Origin: an uncultured Bacteroidales bacterium
GTDB lineage: Bacteria; Bacteroidota; Bacteroidia; Bacteroidales; UBA7960
Assembly (NCBI GenBank): GCA_964614525.1
Contig: CAZTPA010000006.1
Coordinates: 6,285 to 70,284, forward strand
DNA: 64,000 bases
Direction: 5' to 3'
Below, in pieces: positions 47,792 through 57,198 of the stretch. Position numbers and translations under genes: made by a program. The notes beneath the pieces are model-generated. The model was given only the letters and a program-made list of their open reading frames with translations. It made no database searches and was not told the origin of the DNA. How positions within the stretch are numbered: the stretch's first letter is position 1; every line of letters starts with the position of its first letter.

Positions 47792-50500
47792 TTATGAACA
47801 TTTGCTTTCACCACAATTAGTGCAAACCAGGCAACCTTCCTGATAAACAACTGCATCCTGATTACATTTTGCACATAAGCTTTTGTGCGCTTTAGTGCCA
47901 TCAGGAATAAATTTTTTCAGTGCTCTTACTATTCCATTTTTCCAGGTATGGAGGTGATCACTATCAAGACTGAGATTTTCGATAACACCAACAACTGAAT
48001 CAATGGGCATTCCATGTCTTAAAATACCGGAAATTAATTTTGCATAATTCCAGAATTCTTTATTAAATGAACGGCTAAGACCTTCGATAGTAACTTTATA
48101 GCCATCAAGATCTTTAAATCTAAAGTCGTATCTTTTTTCTCCGTTTTCATTAATATTTTTAAGAACCCAGCCTTCTTCAACGTATGGTGGCAAATAAAAT
48201 CCTTCGGCTTTACCTGTGAATATCTCATATGGTCTGCCATCCAATACCCCCACAACAGCCATCCATTTTTCGGAGTTATTATGAAATCTCACAATTTCAG
48301 CTTTAAGAATTTTGGGTCTTTTGGGCGCTAATGTTTCTTTAAACTCAATTTCATTGTTTTTTTTCTTCTTTGTTTCTTTAACCAAAACACCTGCTCTTGA
48401 GCCGTCTCTATAAACCGTAACCCCTTTACAACCGCTTTCCCAGGCAGTACGATAAATATCTCCCACCAGTTCTTCTTTAGCTTCATTAGGAATATTAACC
48501 GTAACACTAATTGAATGATCGACCCATTTTTGAACAGCACCCTGCATTTTAACTTTCGCAAGCCAATCAACATCATTGGCAGTTGCCTTAAAATAAGGTG
48601 ATTTTTCAATTATATCATCAAGTTCTTTATCTCTTAAATGCTTAATAGCCTCTACATCGTATCCGTTAATTGTAAGCCAATCTATAAATTTATGATGAAA
48701 TACATTATATTCTTCCCAATGATCACCAACTTCATCTACAAAATCGACTTTCACATTATTATCATTAGGGTTAACTTTCTTTCTTCTTTTATAAGCCACC
48801 ATAAATACCGGTTCAATTCCTGATGAGGTTTGTGTCATAAGGGAAACGCTGCCGGTAGGCGCTATAGTAAGAAGCGCGATATTTCTTCTGCCAAATTTTT
48901 GCATATCTTCATACAATTCAAAATCAGCTTCTTTAATTCTTTTTATAAAAGGATTGTCTTGCTCTCTTTTGCTGTCATAAACAGGAAAAGCTCCTCTATC
49001 GGCGGCAAGTTTAACACTTGAACGATAAGCTTCGACACATAAAGTTTTATGAACATTAACGGAGAAATCAGTAGCTTCATCAGTTCCATATCTATATCCA
49101 AGAGCAGCTAGCATATCACCTTCCGCAGTTATGCCAATACCTGTTCTTCTTCCTTCAATACATTTTTGTTTGATTTTCAACCACAAATCTTTTTCCACTT
49201 TTTTAGTGTCTTCACTTTCCGGATCAGCGTCAATTTTTGCGATAATGGCATCAATTTTTTCCAGCTCAAGGTCGATTATATCATCCATAATTCTTTGAGC
49301 ATATGCAACATGATCTTTAAAGAGATCATAATCAAATGTAGCAGAAGAAGAAAAAGGATTATTTACATATCCAAAAAGATTTATTGCGAGCAATCGGCAA
49401 CTATCATACGGGCAAAGAGGAATTTCACCGCAGGGGTTGGTTGATGCGGTTTTAAACCCCAGATCAGCGTAGCAATCAGGCACTGATTCCCTGGTAATTG
49501 TATCCCAGAAAAGGATGCCAGGTTCAGCAGACCTCCATGCGTTATGTACTATTTTATTCCACAAATGACCTGCATCAATTTTATTAGTAGTTTTTGGATT
49601 GTCGGTATCAATAGGGTACTGCTGAACAAACTTCGTTGAACCAATAACAGATCTCATAAAATCATCTGTTATTTTAACAGAAACATTTGCACCTGTTACT
49701 TTTCCTTCTTGCAATTTTGCATCAATAAAATCCTCGCTATCAGGATGTTTAATAGAAACGCTAAGCATCAACGCCCCTCTTCTTCCGTCCTGGGCTACTT
49801 CTCTTGTAGAATTTGAGTATCTTTCCATAAAAGGAGCTAACCCTGTAGATGTAAGTGCGGAGTTTTTAACAGGAGATCCTTTGGGTCGAATGTGAGAAAG
49901 ATCGTGTCCAACACCACCTCTACGTTTCATAAGCTGCACCTGTTCTTCGTCAATTTTCATTATACCGCCATAAGAATCAGCATTACTATCATGCCCTATT
50001 ACAAAGCAATTTGACAATGAGCCGATTTGAAAAGGATTGCCTATACCGGCCATAGGACTTCCCTGGGGAACAATATATTTAAATTTTTTCAGAACTGAAT
50101 ATACTTCGTCAGCAGACAAAGGGTTAGGATATTTTTGTTCGATACGGGCAATTTCATTCGCTATTCTCCGGTGCATTTCATCAGGAGTTTGCTCATAAAT
50201 ATTTCCTTCAGAATCTTTTAAAGCATACTTATTAACCCATACACTTGCAGCAAGAGCATCTCCATTAAAGTATTCAGTAGCTTTTTCCAGAGCATTATTA
50301 TACTCAAACTTTTGTTTATAGTCTTCTTTTGATGGAGGTTTTAGTTCGGCATTATCAATTTTATTAGATTCTTTGGAGGTATTGTCAAAATCTAATTCAG
50401 GTAGGGAACGTTTATTCATAACGTCACCATACAAATTTTCTTCTATGCTTTCAACTTTCTTTTTTTCCTTAATGCTTTGAATTACCGGGTTATCACTCAT
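47792..50500 (-). CDS. nrdJ: Adenosylcobalamin-dependent (class II) ribonucleoside-diphosphate reductase
   Basis: 902 aa. Active-site contexts SNCFV, NPCGEIPL and TIAPTGS, and a C-terminal Cys-rich tail CAKCN...CLVCTNCGESKC. Confidence 0.9.
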   Translation of the reverse strand: MSDNPVIQSIKEKKKVESIEENLYGDVMNKRSLPELDFDNTSKESNKIDNAELKPPSKEDYKQKFEYNNALEKATEYFNGDALAASVWVNKYALKDSEGNIYEQTPDEMHRRIANEIARIEQKYPNPLSADEVYSVLKKFKYIVPQGSPMAGIGNPFQIGSLSNCFVIGHDSNADSYGGIMKIDEEQVQLMKRRGGVGHDLSHIRPKGSPVKNSALTSTGLAPFMERYSNSTREVAQDGRRGALMLSVSIKHPDSEDFIDAKLQEGKVTGANVSVKITDDFMRSVIGSTKFVQQYPIDTDNPKTTNKIDAGHLWNKIVHNAWRSAEPGILFWDTITRESVPDCYADLGFKTASTNPCGEIPLCPYDSCRLLAINLFGYVNNPFSSSATFDYDLFKDHVAYAQRIMDDIIDLELEKIDAIIAKIDADPESEDTKKVEKDLWLKIKQKCIEGRRTGIGITAEGDMLAALGYRYGTDEATDFSVNVHKTLCVEAYRSSVKLAADRGAFPVYDSKREQDNPFIKRIKEADFELYEDMQKFGRRNIALLTIAPTGSVSLMTQTSSGIEPVFMVAYKRRKKVNPNDNNVKVDFVDEVGDHWEEYNVFHHKFIDWLTINGYDVEAIKHLRDKELDDIIEKSPYFKATANDVDWLAKVKMQGAVQKWVDHSISVTVNIPNEAKEELVGDIYRTAWESGCKGVTVYRDGSRAGVLVKETKKKKNNEIEFKETLAPKRPKILKAEIVRFHNNSEKWMAVVGVLDGRPYEIFTGKAEGFYLPPYVEEGWVLKNINENGEKRYDFRFKDLDGYKVTIEGLSRSFNKEFWNYAKLISGILRHGMPIDSVVGVIENLSLDSDHLHTWKNGIVRALKKFIPDGTKAHKSLCAKCNQDAVVYQEGCLVCTNCGESKCS

Positions 50501-50542
50501 GTTTCAGGGATATTTTATGTGCTATTTAATTTATTTTATCAT

Positions 50543-50578
50543 AAAAAAAACCAAATCTAACGGAGGCACAATTTGGTT
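50543..50578 (-). terminator. Weak terminator-like hairpin plus U8 inside the nrdJ 5' leader region
   Basis: On the minus strand: aaccaaat / tgtgcctccgttag / atttggtt then T8. The T-run ends ~40 nt before the nrdJ ATG. The upstream gene stops 280 nt away. Confidence 0.35.
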
Positions 50579-50855
50579 CCTTTAATTATTAAGCGAAAAT
50601 AAAAAAGATAGTGATATACACTGGTAAGATAATATTAACAATCAATGGAAGTTATAAACACTTTACTCTAACATGTTGGAGAAAAACGATTTAGAAAAAC
50701 ATGAATTCTCAATTATTCTTCAATCCGCGTAATCACCTGGCATTTTGGTTTTTAAATGATTTACAAAATGTAAGACCCTGATATAGAATGGTATTTTTGC
50801 ATTAAATCTTTGATCTAAAAAATCTTTCCGGTATAAAAGGAATAAGCAAAATAGT

Positions 50856-51281
50856 TTATGGTTCCCAAACTAATTTTTTACCAAAACCCATTCGATTATC
50901 AGTCATTTTTAGAATTTCTACTGAGATTTTCCACAGTGTAGTATTCATAAGTCTGGCAACGGGAAATCTTTTCAGATATGCTTTTTCAGCCATTTTCAAT
51001 TCCTCTCCTTCAAGACGCTCCATACTTCCGGAAAATTGTATTCCTCTAATTTTGCCAATAATTTTTGTTTCAAGAGCAATAGTTCCTGCAACATTATTAT
51101 TAAAATTCAAATTTTGAATATGCTTTGTTTTATCGTCTGATGTAACAACAAAAATATTATGTTCAGGTAGATAAACGTAGAAGCAGCTGCAACACCAAAG
51201 ACTCTCTTGATTAACTGTAGCAAGGCTCAGGAGATGGTGTTTTTTTAAAAATTTAAGAATTCTTTGCGGTTGAGGTTTCAT
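50856..51281 (-). CDS. yhbP: YhbP/UPF0306 family protein (pyridoxamine 5'-phosphate oxidase-like fold)
   Basis: 141 aa. LWCCSCFYVY, IRGIQFSG..ERLEGEE...AYLKRFPVAR and MGFGKKLVW align well with E. coli YhbP as I recall it. Confidence 0.8.
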   Translation of the reverse strand: MKPQPQRILKFLKKHHLLSLATVNQESLWCCSCFYVYLPEHNIFVVTSDDKTKHIQNLNFNNNVAGTIALETKIIGKIRGIQFSGSMERLEGEELKMAEKAYLKRFPVARLMNTTLWKISVEILKMTDNRMGFGKKLVWEP

Positions 51282-51322
51282 TTCATTAAATAGAAAAAAT
51301 ATTAGAATAAACCAATTAGTTT

Positions 51323-52412
51323 TTAAACATCTCCAAATTCCATCAAATAAGCTTTAATGAAAATGTCAATTTCGCCGTCCATAACACTGTTTACATTAGA
51401 TGTTTCAACATTGGTTCTAACATCTTTCACCATTTTATAAGGATGCATAACATATGATCTAATCTGGCTTCCCCACTCTATTCTTTTTTTGGTACTTTCA
51501 AGTTCGTCAAGTTTTTCTCTCTTTTTTCTGAGTTCGATTTCATAGAGTTGTGATTTAAGCATTTTGATTGCTTTTTCCTTATTTTGTCCCTGTGATCTGG
51601 TTTCCTGACATTCTATAATAATTCCTGATGGATTGTGTTTTAATCGTACAGCAGTTTCAAGCTTGTTAACATTTTGTCCGCCCGGGCCGCTTGATTTAAA
51701 AGTATCCCAGGAAATATCTGCAGGATTAATATCAATATGAATATCATCATCTATAACCGGATATGCATAAACAGAAGCAAAAGAAGTATGCCTTTTATTA
51801 TTGGCATCAAAAGGAGAGAGTCTCACTAAGCGGTGAACTCCGCTTTCACCTTTAAGATATCCAAAAGCAAAATCACCTTCAAACTCAATAGAAACCGACT
51901 TAATACCTACCCCATCACCATCTTGTTGGTCGATAACTTTATGTTTATAATTATTTTTTTCTCCCCAGCGCAGGTACATTCTCATTAGCATTTCAGCCCA
52001 ATCCTGACTTTCGGTACCTCCGGCACCTGAGTTTATATTTAATATAGCACTGAATTTATCTTCCTCTTTGCTAAGCATTTTTTTCAACTCAAGTTTTTCA
52101 AGCAAATTATCTGTTTTCTCGAATTGCTTATTAAATTCTTCTTCGGAAGCCTCATCCGCTGCTAAAAATTCGTAAATTACCTTAGTATCATCGATTGCAG
52201 TTTTAACCTCCTCGAAAGCATCAGTCCATTTTTTTTCTTCGTTAATTTTGCGAAGAACATCTTCTGCTTTTTTGGGATCGTTCCAGAATTCGGGAGATTC
52301 GGTTTTTTTTTGTTCCTGCTTTATAAATTCTTTTTTTTCATCAATGTCAAAGAAACCTCCTCAAGGCATCTAACCTTTTATCAAATCTTTTTATGTTTTC
52401 AGGATAATTCAT
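51323..52412 (-). CDS. prfB: Peptide chain release factor 2, requiring a programmed +1 frameshift
   Basis: Frame 0 is ATG 52412 ... AGG AGG TTT CTT TGA (21 codons). After the +1 shift, GAC at 52348 is in frame with the listed ORF 51323..52105. SPF and GGQ motifs are present. Total 362 aa. Confidence 0.9.
52346..52361 (-). promoter_or_regulatory. prfB +1 frameshift site: internal SD-like AGGAGG + CUU UGA C
   Basis: The minus strand reads AGGAGGTTTCTTTGAC, matching the canonical RF2 autoregulatory slippery site. Confidence 0.9.
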
Positions 52413-52433
52413 AACTATATAATTATTATAAAA

Positions 52434-52922
52434 TTATTTTTTATTAATCAAATCATTCAGCACATCATAGATTAAGTTCTTTTCGTAGCCTTTATTAGCA
52501 ACATAGGCCATAACTTTCTGATATACAGTATTTTTATCTTTCTCCTTTAAAGAATCCAGTTTCTTTTCGGCAAGATGTAATAAAGTTGCAAGATACTCTT
52601 CTTTATCAATACTATTTAGTGCTTTATAAATTATTTCTTCCGAAATACCTTTTCTTTTCAGTTCAAATGAGATTCTAATCCTGCCCCATTTGTTATTTCT
52701 GTTTTTGCCAACGGCATATGAATTAGCGAATAATTCATCATTTAAGAAATTCTCTTTTTGTAAATCATTAAGGATTTTTTCTGCCGATTTTTCCGTTGCA
52801 CCAAGTTCTTTTAACTTACTTAAAACCTCTTGTGAACATCTGGGTTGGTATGCACAATACTTTGCAGTCTTTTCATATAAGAATTCTTCATGCTGCTTGA
52901 GCAAGTCATTTGCTTTACTCAT
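52434..52922 (-). CDS. recX: Regulatory protein RecX
   Basis: 162 aa with three-helix repeat organisation. KYCAYQPRCSQEV, and repeats of the ..A..L...GY type. Confidence 0.8.
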   Translation of the reverse strand: MSKANDLLKQHEEFLYEKTAKYCAYQPRCSQEVLSKLKELGATEKSAEKILNDLQKENFLNDELFANSYAVGKNRNNKWGRIRISFELKRKGISEEIIYKALNSIDKEEYLATLLHLAEKKLDSLKEKDKNTVYQKVMAYVANKGYEKNLIYDVLNDLINKK

Positions 52923-52995
52923 AGTAGTAATTTTTTTGTAATTGTATTCTTATTATTGATAAAAAACTGCAACAAAAAGTTTGTTGTAAAAAACA

Positions 52996-54546
52996 CTAAA
53001 GATTTATTTCATCGTCATGTTTATTGAAGAAATGATATTCCAGAAAATGATAAGAAAACACAGGTTCGACTTTAATTCGTTTTTTAAACTTCAGCATCCA
53101 TTTCCATTTCAAGGAGAAAAATCCTTTATTAATAAATGCATGAATAAATGGGTGAACTCTTAAAGTCAAGAATTTTTCATTTTGTTCTTCAATAAGGTAT
53201 GATATATTATTTTCTATTTCATCAATAAGCATACTACTTGGCTTAATTTCACCGGTACCACCGCAGGAAGGACATTTTTCAAGAACCTCGATATTAGTTT
53301 CAGTTCTTACTCTTTGTCTGGTAATTTGAACGAGACCAAATTTGCTTGGAGGAAGAATATTATGTTTCGCTCTGTCTTTTTTCATCTCTTCCTTCATAAC
53401 TTCGAAGAGTTTCCGTCGATTTGCAGCTTCGTTCATATCTATAAAATCAACGACAATAATACCACCCATATCTCTCAATCTGAGTTGTCTGGCAATTTCT
53501 CTGGCCGATTCCAGGTTCACTTCAAGAGCATTAGCTTCCTGGCTGTTATCTTTATTAATTCTGTGTCCCGAGTTTACATCAATTACATGCAATGCTTCTG
53601 TATGTTCAATAATCAGGTAAGTTCCACTTTTCATTGAAACAACCTTGCCGAAAGAACTTCTAATTTGCTTTTCAACGCCAAAGTGTTCAAAAATTGGTTC
53701 ATTTCCTTTGTAATACTTTAGTATATCGGCTTTTTCAGGAGCTATAGTTTTAACAAAATCTTTAAGTTCAGCAAAAACGGTAGGATCATCCACATGGATA
53801 TTATTAAAACTTTCATTGAGCAAATCTCTTAAAATAGCGCTGCTTCTATTAATTTCGTCCTGAATCATTGCCGGTGGTTTTGCAACAGAAAGTTTTTCAA
53901 CAATTGCATACCATTTTTCAATAAGACTTGTAAGATCAGAAACAAGATCTGCAACCATTTTACCTTCAGCAACAGTTCTGATAATAACTCCAAAATTTTG
54001 TGGTTTTATACTTTGAAGTAATCTTTTGAGCCTGTTTTTTTCTTCAGGATTTTTTATTTTTTGAGATACAGAAATTCTATCGGAGAATGGCACTAAAACC
54101 AGATATCTTCCGGCAAGACTAATTTCGCAGGTAATTCTGGGGCCTTTAGTTGAAATTGGCTCTTTAGCTACCTGAACAAGCACAAATTGATTAACAGATA
54201 ATACATTTGCTATTTTGCCTGATTTTTCAATATCATCTTCTAAAACGAACTCCTCCATTGGAATCGTTCTAGATTTGTTGTTCATTGCGATTTTTGTGTA
54301 CTTATTCAGGCTTTTAACCTGAGGCCCTAAGTCTAAATAATGCAAAAAGGCATCTCTTTCATATCCAACATCCACAAAAGCAGCATTTAACCCGGAAATA
54401 ATCTTTTTAACTCTTCCAAGATAAACATCACCAACAGAGTAGTTGTTATTGTTTTTATCTTTATGCAGCTCCACAAGAAGTTTATCTTCCATAAGAGCCA
54501 TTACTACTTCGTTATTGCCTGAATTTATAATTAATTCTTTATTCAC
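52996..54546 (-). CDS. rng: Ribonuclease E/G family (RNase G-like)
   Basis: 516 aa. S1 domain (GDVYLGRVKKIISGLNAAFVDVG), LHVIDVNSG, GGIIVVDFIDM and a CPSCGGTG zinc link. Confidence 0.9.
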   Translation of the reverse strand: MNKELIINSGNNEVVMALMEDKLLVELHKDKNNNNYSVGDVYLGRVKKIISGLNAAFVDVGYERDAFLHYLDLGPQVKSLNKYTKIAMNNKSRTIPMEEFVLEDDIEKSGKIANVLSVNQFVLVQVAKEPISTKGPRITCEISLAGRYLVLVPFSDRISVSQKIKNPEEKNRLKRLLQSIKPQNFGVIIRTVAEGKMVADLVSDLTSLIEKWYAIVEKLSVAKPPAMIQDEINRSSAILRDLLNESFNNIHVDDPTVFAELKDFVKTIAPEKADILKYYKGNEPIFEHFGVEKQIRSSFGKVVSMKSGTYLIIEHTEALHVIDVNSGHRINKDNSQEANALEVNLESAREIARQLRLRDMGGIIVVDFIDMNEAANRRKLFEVMKEEMKKDRAKHNILPPSKFGLVQITRQRVRTETNIEVLEKCPSCGGTGEIKPSSMLIDEIENNISYLIEEQNEKFLTLRVHPFIHAFINKGFFSLKWKWMLKFKKRIKVEPVFSYHFLEYHFFNKHDDEINL

Positions 54547-54637
54547 GAGTTACAGATAATTTGAAATAAAACTGATCACCTAAAAAATAGTGATTATGGA
54601 GAGAAAGCAAACCCGGTTAATATTATAAACAAAAACT

Positions 54638-54663
54638 ACATAATACCGGAATCGGCATTATGT
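54638..54663 (-). terminator. Rho-independent terminator after the HU/bS22-like transcription unit
   Basis: On the minus strand: acataatgccg/attc/cggtattatgt (11 bp with one G-U) followed by a T-rich tract. Confidence 0.55.
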
Positions 54664-54708
54664 AATTTTTGTAGGCTAGGAAACAAATACTAATATGAAA
54701 TATTAATA

Positions 54709-54798
54709 TTATCTCTTTTTATGCCTGTTTTTACGTAAACGCTTTTTGCGTTTATGCGTGGCCATCTTATGTCTTTTTCTTTTTTTTCCGCTTGGCAT
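54709..54798 (-). CDS. 29-aa Arg/Lys-rich peptide, bS22/mS38 (AURKAIP1/COX24)-like ribosomal protein candidate; absent from the ORF track (too short)
   Basis: Hand translation: MPSGKKRKRHKMATHKRKKRLRKNRHKKR*. ATG at 54798, TAA at 54711-54709. Located between HU and a terminator. Confidence 0.6.
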   Translation of the reverse strand: MPSGKKRKRHKMATHKRKKRLRKNRHKKR

Positions 54799-54843
54799 AT
54801 CTTTGTTTTTTAAATTGTTAAAAATTAAGCTATTAATTTAAAA

Positions 54844-55137
54844 TTATTTCGCAGCTTTAACTGTTTTTTTTACTTCACCAACAAACTCTTTCGCAGGTTT
54901 AAAAGAAGGAATACAATGAGCCGGAATAATAATAGTTGTGTTTTTTGAAATATTGCGACCGGTTTTCTCAGCTCTTTCTTTAATAATGAAGCTTCCAAAA
55001 CCTCTTAAATAAACATTTTCTCCTTTCACAAGTGAACCTTTAACTGTATTCATAAAAGCTTCAACAGTCTTCTGAACAACAACCTTTTCAACTCCTGTTT
55101 TGTTAGCAATTTCATTTACAATTTCCGCTTTTGTCAT
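54844..55137 (-). CDS. hup: HU family DNA-binding protein
   Basis: 97 aa. MTKAEIVNEIA..., GFGSFIIKERAEKTGRN and PAHCIPSFKPAKEF match the HU/IHF fold. Confidence 0.9.
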   Translation of the reverse strand: MTKAEIVNEIANKTGVEKVVVQKTVEAFMNTVKGSLVKGENVYLRGFGSFIIKERAEKTGRNISKNTTIIIPAHCIPSFKPAKEFVGEVKKTVKAAK

Positions 55138-55479
55138 GATAATAATTTTTTTTGATTTTATAATTTAATAATTAGTTTGTTTTCAATCGGGTTGCAAAGT
55201 TAACTTTTTTCTAAAATAAAGAAAACAATTTGTTCTTTTTTATATTATTTAAATAGGTGATATTAACAATATTACGACATCTTTTTTATATATGCACATA
55301 AAAAAGCGCAATATTAGTGATTAAAGCTGCATAAAAAAAACTAATTTTGATAATAATATAAACCGGAGCAAACGCAAGAAAGACAGAAGTTTGATAAATT
55401 TAAATCACAAATATAGATTGTTTTATCTTATTTTTATTGCATTTTGTTTTTATTTTAGATAATTGTTTATATCTTTGTT

Positions 55480-55487
55480 GAGAAATT
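55480..55487 (+). promoter_or_regulatory. Candidate -7 promoter box (TAtcTTTG) for ssb
   Basis: Exact TAnnTTTG match, 35 nt upstream of the ssb ATG. Confidence 0.3.
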
Positions 55488-55521
55488 ATTAATTAATTGT
55501 ATAATCATAAAAAAAATTATT

Positions 55522-55950
55522 ATGGCTGGAGTAAACAAAGTAATTCTAGTTGGTAACCTTGGAAAAGACCCTGAAATCAGAAGCCTGGAAAGCGGAGTAA
55601 AAGTTGCTTCATTTCCTATTGCAACTTCGGAAGTTTACAAAAACAAAGAAGGTGTAAAGAATGAGATCACTGAATGGCACAACATTGTATTATGGCGCGG
55701 TTTAGCTGAATTAGCTGAAAAGTATTTGAGTAAAGGAAATCAAATATATCTTGAAGGCCGCATCAGAACACGCCAGTGGGATGACAAAGATGGAAATAAA
55801 AGATATACTACAGAAATTATCGGAGATAATCTTACATTTCTAGGTGGTGGCAAAGGCTCTAAAGAGAACCAACAAGAGAGTGCAAGCAAAGGAGAGAGTA
55901 ACCAAAATGAAGAAATAGTGCCTGAAGCTGATGATGACTTGCCATTTTAA
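55522..55950 (+). CDS. ssb: Single-stranded DNA-binding protein
   Basis: 142 aa. NKVILVGNLGKDPE, TEWHNIVLW, and an acidic tail ending in DDDLPF. Confidence 0.95.
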   Translation: MAGVNKVILVGNLGKDPEIRSLESGVKVASFPIATSEVYKNKEGVKNEITEWHNIVLWRGLAELAEKYLSKGNQIYLEGRIRTRQWDDKDGNKRYTTEIIGDNLTFLGGGKGSKENQQESASKGESNQNEEIVPEADDDLPF

Positions 55951-55967
55951 TTAAGTTATTATCATTC

Positions 55968-56006
55968 AAAAAAAACCTTATTAGGAAATCCTAATAAGGT
56001 TTTTTT
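55968..56006. terminator. Bidirectional terminator between ssb and the convergent OM protein gene
   Basis: A8 + accttattagga/aa/tcctaataaggt + T6. Confidence 0.8.
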
Positions 56007-56053
56007 ATTATCATGACATTTTTAACACTAAAAAAAACAACTAAAACTAAAAC

Positions 56054-56827
56054 TTATTCATCATATAATTTCCCAATAGCAATTTGAGCACCAATACCAT
56101 AAAAAACAGGAACATGTTTCCAGGAGTTTGGGTTTTGTTCATATATAGGATATGACAATCCTACAGAAGTAACAAATCTCACTCTTTTACTTCCAAATTT
56201 AAATGAAAGAGCAGGTTCAGCCAGATATTTATATTCTCCAAAAATACTTACGGATGAAAGTCTTAATGCTAAATTGCGCTCAACTCTCATCTTTCCAAAA
56301 TATATTGTATTGCCGACTGCAGACTGTACAAAGTATTTATAAATTACACCGCTTTGAAGATCCACTCCGGGATCATAATCATCAGAATATATAGCAGCAA
56401 AAGTGTCATAATACTGTGGTATATTACCTAATCCTGCACCACCATAAACTTCAAAACTCTTATCTTCGAGAAAAGTCCCAAAATAGCCAAGTCCCAGTTC
56501 ACCATGATAAAGCAGCGGCTTTAAATATAATGAATGAGGCCTTGAAAAAATAAATTCAGTTTCTGTCCAGTCAAGGGCAAGACTATTATACAGGCCACCA
56601 TTAACTATAACTCCAATATTATCTGTAACGGCTAAAGCTGTTTGAAAATCAAAATTCATATCATGATCAAGATATGCTGAAAATTGGGTTTCTCCTTGCT
56701 GAGAAAGCATAGGTGTATTTATAGGTACAGGCCGATACAACACATTGCAAGAAGACAAAAAGATAATTGAAAAGAAAAACGAAAGAATTAAAACTCTTTG
56801 CAATGAAATTCTAATATTATTTTTCAT
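56054..56827 (-). CDS. Hypothetical outer-membrane beta-barrel-like lipoprotein
   Basis: 257 aa with a signal peptide and lipobox (FLSSC). Gly/Tyr-rich alternating pattern. No family recognised. Confidence 0.4.
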   Translation of the reverse strand: MKNNIRISLQRVLILSFFFSIIFLSSCNVLYRPVPINTPMLSQQGETQFSAYLDHDMNFDFQTALAVTDNIGVIVNGGLYNSLALDWTETEFIFSRPHSLYLKPLLYHGELGLGYFGTFLEDKSFEVYGGAGLGNIPQYYDTFAAIYSDDYDPGVDLQSGVIYKYFVQSAVGNTIYFGKMRVERNLALRLSSVSIFGEYKYLAEPALSFKFGSKRVRFVTSVGLSYPIYEQNPNSWKHVPVFYGIGAQIAIGKLYDE

Positions 56828-57198
56828 TTTTAATGTTTTTAATTAATTAATAAAACGAATAACACTTTCATTAAGAATCATTTGCATTAGAAAAAATTGC
56901 AAACTTTATTTTTATCTATATTCTGGTTAATTCCGTGTATATTTTTTAGCTTTATATTTTATTATAATAAAAACATTGCAAAACAAATGATAATATTTTA
57001 ATTAAACAAGAAATATAAACTTTATTTTTACATCTTCTTATTTAAACGATTTTTTATACCTGCTTATCAGTCATTTGTCTCAATTGTATTTTAACAATTA
57101 CTTTTGTTTTAAAATTTCTAACTTAAATATCCTATGGTATTTGTCTTTAAAGTATAAAAAAGTGGTTAAATTTATACCTTAATTATTTGTATAAAAAA

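Noticed and set aside
50580-50760. Possible cobalamin riboswitch or NrdR box upstream of nrdJ, including the palindrome agtgTATATcact near 50611-50623.
   Set aside because: No B12-box-like or other conserved riboswitch core is visible in this AT-rich leader, and a B12-dependent RNR is not an expected B12-riboswitch target. The palindrome has GTG..CAC arms, the reverse of the CAC..GTG arrangement I recall for NrdR boxes, and there is no tandem second box.
56901-57030. 14-nt direct repeat aaactttattttta at 56901-56914 and 57017-57030, in the divergent intergenic region.
   Set aside because: It is short, composed almost entirely of A/T in an AT-rich spacer, and has no associated structure or flanking similarity. 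It is plausibly coincidental.
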